DNA of 49,446 nucleotides from an uncultured Methanosarcinales archaeon (GTDB lineage Archaea; Nanobdellota; Nanobdellia; Woesearchaeales; DATGWN01): NCBI GenBank assembly GCA_964624275.1, contig CAZUXP010000005.1, positions 1 to 49,446 of the forward strand, read 5' to 3'. Shown piece by piece: positions 46,300 to 49,446 of this stretch (position 1 is its first letter; each line of letters starts with the position of its first letter). The notes under the pieces were generated by a model. It saw only the letters and a program-made list of their open reading frames with translations, ran no database searches and was not told where the DNA came from. The position numbers and the translations under genes were made by a program.

Positions 46300-47262
46300 A
46301 TGAGTATGTTTATTGATGTTATTTGTAATAAAAAGATTAAAATAATTGCTCATTGGGATTGTGATGGGGTTTGTAGTGGTGCGATATTGTATCATTATTT
46401 ACAAAATCATTCAAAATCAATTTCATATAAAACGTTAGGTGAGCAGTTTTATATTCCAAAAGAAGAATTTACTGATGAGTTTGATTATTTTGTTTGTGTT
46501 GATATGCAACCTGATCCAAAAGTCGTGGATAATCGAATAATTTACATTGATCATCATCCTTGTGATTTTATTTCGAATTATATCCATTATATTCATGATG
46601 TTCAAGCTCAATCCTGTAGTGAGATGATTTGGGATATTCTTGTAAAACATGGTGTTATACCTGATTCACTTTTACCATATTTTGGTCTTTTGTCAATTTT
46701 AGGTTTTATTTCAGACGGGGGAAATATAAAACAAGTTCCGGAAAGTTTACAAAATTTCATCCCGCAAAGCGTTTCAGTTTTTTCATATATTTCTTTATTA
46801 AATGCACCAAAACGAGTTAATTGGAATGGAGATGAATCATTACAGGCACTCTGTGAAATAAACAACCAAATTGATTTATTTAATTATAATCATCCTAATT
46901 TACAAAAATGTCAATCGTATAAGAATATTTTACAAGATTATTATCAAAAAGAATTTCAATCAACAGAAATTGGTTTATTTGATTGTATTTTTATTACTGA
47001 ACTGTATAATATTCAAGGTGTGCTTTGCGCAAAGTATAAGGGAGACAAACCCATAATTGTGTTAAATCATCGAAATAATCGGTGCATTGGTTCACTTCGC
47101 GTACCTGATGATTCAACATTTCAAGCAGGGGATTTTTTACATAAATTGCAACGTGTGTTGCCTGAATTTATTGGCGGGGGACACATGAAAGCGGGTGGTT
47201 TTTCGTTTCCACAAAAATATGAAGCAAAATTTATTGAAGAATTAAAAACACAGTTTTCGTAA
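46300..47262 (+). CDS. DHH/DHHA1 family phosphoesterase (RecJ/NrnA-like)
   Basis: HWDCDG, VCVD, YIDHH, GSLR, GGGHMKAGG. Confidence 0.88.
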   Translation: MSMFIDVICNKKIKIIAHWDCDGVCSGAILYHYLQNHSKSISYKTLGEQFYIPKEEFTDEFDYFVCVDMQPDPKVVDNRIIYIDHHPCDFISNYIHYIHDVQAQSCSEMIWDILVKHGVIPDSLLPYFGLLSILGFISDGGNIKQVPESLQNFIPQSVSVFSYISLLNAPKRVNWNGDESLQALCEINNQIDLFNYNHPNLQKCQSYKNILQDYYQKEFQSTEIGLFDCIFITELYNIQGVLCAKYKGDKPIIVLNHRNNRCIGSLRVPDDSTFQAGDFLHKLQRVLPEFIGGGHMKAGGFSFPQKYEAKFIEELKTQFS

Positions 47263-47685
47263 TCATTTTCCGCTACTTCCAAATCTATTTTCATTTCGAA
47301 CACTTTGAGATAATTCATCTACCTCTTCAAATTCAGCAGTTTCATGTTTTTGAAAAACAACTTGGGCGACTTTGTCTCCTTTTGTAATAGTATACGGTGA
47401 ATCGTTTGTGTTAAGTATAACAATTTTATATTCGCCTCGATAATTTGCATCGATGACTCCTGCAAGATTTGTTAAACCATGTTTTGCAGCTAATCCGCCT
47501 TTATCCCAAACGAGTGCAACATATCCTTTTTCAAATGCAAGTTGGACTCCTGTTGGAATAACAACTCGCTGATTAGGTTGAATTGTAATTGTGATCGCTG
47601 AGTATAAATCAACACCAGCATCACCTTCGTATGCGTGCGTGGGTATGGGAAGTTCTTTGTCAAGTCTTTTTATTTGAATTTTCAT
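47263..47685 (-). CDS. dut: dUTP diphosphatase (trimeric)
   Basis: DAGVDLYS, GVIDANYRGE, GDKVAQ, RNENRFGSSG. Confidence 0.95.
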   Translation of the reverse strand: MKIQIKRLDKELPIPTHAYEGDAGVDLYSAITITIQPNQRVVIPTGVQLAFEKGYVALVWDKGGLAAKHGLTNLAGVIDANYRGEYKIVILNTNDSPYTITKGDKVAQVVFQKHETAEFEEVDELSQSVRNENRFGSSGK

Positions 47686-47737
47686 ACGTATTTACTATTT
47701 CGAATATTTTATAAAGTCTTTTATTTAACATATTCAA

Positions 47738-48067
47738 ATGGTGTCTATACTTCGAAAATCAACATTATTTGAGAGGTTTTTCCTTATAATTGGGATCTTT
47801 GTTATGTTTGCAGGATTATATTTATTATATGTTATAAAAGATTTTGCACAAACTCGACCAATTGATGTATTTATGTTTGCAATATTGTGGCTTATTTTAC
47901 TTTTAATGGTGATTATAACTGCTATAGCTGAAAATGCTCGTGAAGAGCTTGCAATTATTGTTTCTGAAAATTCTCAAGAGATAAAACTTCTTCGTCAAAT
48001 ATCGCATGAACAGTTAGAAGAAATAAAATTGTTACGACCAGAACTTTCAATGAAGAAACGTAAGTAG
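47738..48067 (+). CDS. Small two-TM protein with C-terminal coiled coil
   Basis: Two hydrophobic helices then EIKLLR twice; divergent from dut with shared TATA-like TTTATAAA. Confidence 0.72.
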   Translation: MVSILRKSTLFERFFLIIGIFVMFAGLYLLYVIKDFAQTRPIDVFMFAILWLILLLMVIITAIAENAREELAIIVSENSQEIKLLRQISHEQLEEIKLLRPELSMKKRK

Positions 48068-48332
48068 GTGCAGAACTGATTTTTATTGTTTTTTGTGGTA
48101 CGTTTTCTTATTGTGTTTTAGTTTTTTTGTAAATATGTTATATGGTTTATTATTATTAAATCATATTTTGATTTTTAGCTCTATAAATAGACTTATTTCA
48201 TATTATGGTTAATTATTTCAATACTTATTTAACTACAATACTACTAACGTTATGTAATTTTTAAGTATTTAATTATTTTGCTTATGTACTTAACGAAACA
48301 TTTAAATATAAGATGTGAGAGTATTTGTACTT

Positions 48333-48923
48333 ATGGAGCTGGATTCATTACTTGTTGGCACAAAATGGGACATAGTTGAGATCCTTGCAAGACGTGAAGC
48401 TTCTCCTTTAGAAATCGCAAAACTACTCCAAACTAGTATAGCAAACATATCAATGCAACTCAAGATGCTTGAAATTGCAGGGATTGTAAGTAAAAGACGC
48501 GTTTCAAACTCTAAAGCAGGAAAACCTCGTTCATTATACACACTTAGAAAAGATATACTCTATGTTATGGCTGCATCTTCTCAGTTTCAGTTTCGAAAAC
48601 CATTAGAGTTGAACCCAGAAAAATCATTAATACTCAAAATTTGGCAATTACCTCAATTAATTCAAGGTCCACTTCTGTATTTTTATACAAAATTTCCTCA
48701 ATTATTTAATGAAGAATATGATGTATATTTTTCAGAACATGGGGATCAAGTAATCAAACTCATCATTTGTAATGATAAAAAATCATTGCCTCCAAAAATT
48801 GTGACGATAGAATATCAATCAAGAAAATATGTGATTGATGTTCGATTTGTTTCAGAGAGAAGCTTAGCTAAACAAGGACGTTTGACATTATTACATAAAG
48901 GGTCTTGGCAAGCGACAGAATAA
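48333..48923 (+). CDS. Winged-helix (ArsR-like) transcriptional regulator
   Basis: KWDIVEILARREASPLEIAKLLQTSIANISMQLKMLEIAGIV...GKPRSLY; promoter GAAACATTTAAATA (48295-48308) 25 nt before ATG 48333. Confidence 0.85.
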   Translation: MELDSLLVGTKWDIVEILARREASPLEIAKLLQTSIANISMQLKMLEIAGIVSKRRVSNSKAGKPRSLYTLRKDILYVMAASSQFQFRKPLELNPEKSLILKIWQLPQLIQGPLLYFYTKFPQLFNEEYDVYFSEHGDQVIKLIICNDKKSLPPKIVTIEYQSRKYVIDVRFVSERSLAKQGRLTLLHKGSWQATE

Positions 48924-48949
48924 TAATCACACTGGCGAAAAACTGTTTT

Positions 48950-48988
48950 GCCTCGGGCTTGGGATGAAAATCCTAAGTCTGGGGCTTT
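48950..48988 (+). terminator. 16-bp GAAA-capped hairpin (terminator or attenuator)
   Basis: GCCTCGGGCTTGGGAT-GAAA-ATCCTAAGTCTGGGGC with 4 G-U pairs, then TTT. Confidence 0.6.
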
Positions 48989-49011
48989 ACATTTACAAAA
49001 AGGTAGACAAA

Positions 49012-49341
49012 ATGGAACAAAAAATTGGAATGAATGAAATTTTAGATTCGCTATCGTATAAAGATTTGTTACAATTACGTTTTGACATTGCAAATGATGC
49101 AGAATATTTGCAAAAATTAGTCAACACAAAGATTGCAAAATTAGAATATACGCCAAGAAACGTTTGCGCTCATTGTGCCACTAATATTGAATCTCAATCA
49201 AATTCTCAAATGACGTTGTTATTTGGACCGAGTGATTTTCGCAAAAAAGCAACATTTTGTGGACAGGATTGTCTTGAAATGTTCTTATTTAATCTTCGCC
49301 AAATCAAACAAAAGCATACAATACGCTCAGAACGCCTGTGA
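49012..49341 (+). CDS. Small protein with TRASH/MYM-like zinc-binding motif
   Basis: CAHC...FCGQDC; start re-assigned to ATG 49012 (AAGGT upstream, outside the hairpin). Confidence 0.72.
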   Translation: MEQKIGMNEILDSLSYKDLLQLRFDIANDAEYLQKLVNTKIAKLEYTPRNVCAHCATNIESQSNSQMTLLFGPSDFRKKATFCGQDCLEMFLFNLRQIKQKHTIRSERL

Positions 49342-49350
49342 TCTGTTTTT

Positions 49351-49381
49351 GCCACTACTTCCTCGCCAAAGGGGTAGTGGT
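49351..49381 (+). terminator. Stem-loop after the zinc-finger gene
   Basis: GCCACTACTTC-9 nt-GGGGTAGTGGT with G-U pairs, followed by T-rich sequence. Confidence 0.5.
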
Positions 49382-49446
49382 TTGATTTTTTAGATATACT
49401 ATCCCGTATTAGGGTAACACTTTTCCTTGATTGCAGTGACAAATGT

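Noticed and set aside
48068-48294. Very AT-rich gap as a replication origin
   Set aside because: No ORB-like repeats and no adjacent orc1/cdc6; composition alone is insufficient.
48964-49011. Upstream ATG for the zinc-finger gene
   Set aside because: It is buried in the 16-bp hairpin; ATG 49012 has an SD-like sequence.
1-49446. tRNA or rRNA genes
   Set aside because: No cloverleaf with a T-loop consensus or rRNA-like GC-rich tract was seen in the intergenic gaps by eye; tRNAscan-SE and cmscan would be definitive.

Overview
AT-rich, gene-dense archaeal chromosome segment. Gene content (Rpo4, eL21, eL15, aEF-1beta, GatD/GatE, Trm1, CDC48, AMP phosphorylase) and style (BRE-TATA promoters, many leaderless genes) suggest a DPANN archaeon, probably Woesearchaeota-like (inference). 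It carries a ~14 kb type IV pilus locus (10985-25197): two coiled-coil proteins, an assembly ATPase, two TadC/FlaJ-like platform proteins, about nine class III signal-peptide pilins and an embedded KaiC/RAD55 ATPase. No rRNA, tRNA or CRISPR array was recognised. The least explained signal is intergenic: a 146-bp MITE with a 9-bp target duplication that folds into a rod; a ~290-nt four-way-junction element between 7-bp direct repeats; a tandem-motif switch-like element after a Lon-type protease; a K-turn/pseudoknot leader on rpl15e; and several palindrome clusters. Other oddities are a 52-Lys histone-H1-like protein plus an unannotated 23-aa Lys-rich peptide, a miniature MraZ, an orphan truncated TrpC and a decayed AbiEi/DUF4143 islet. 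All assignments come from visual motif recognition and hand folding; no searches were run.
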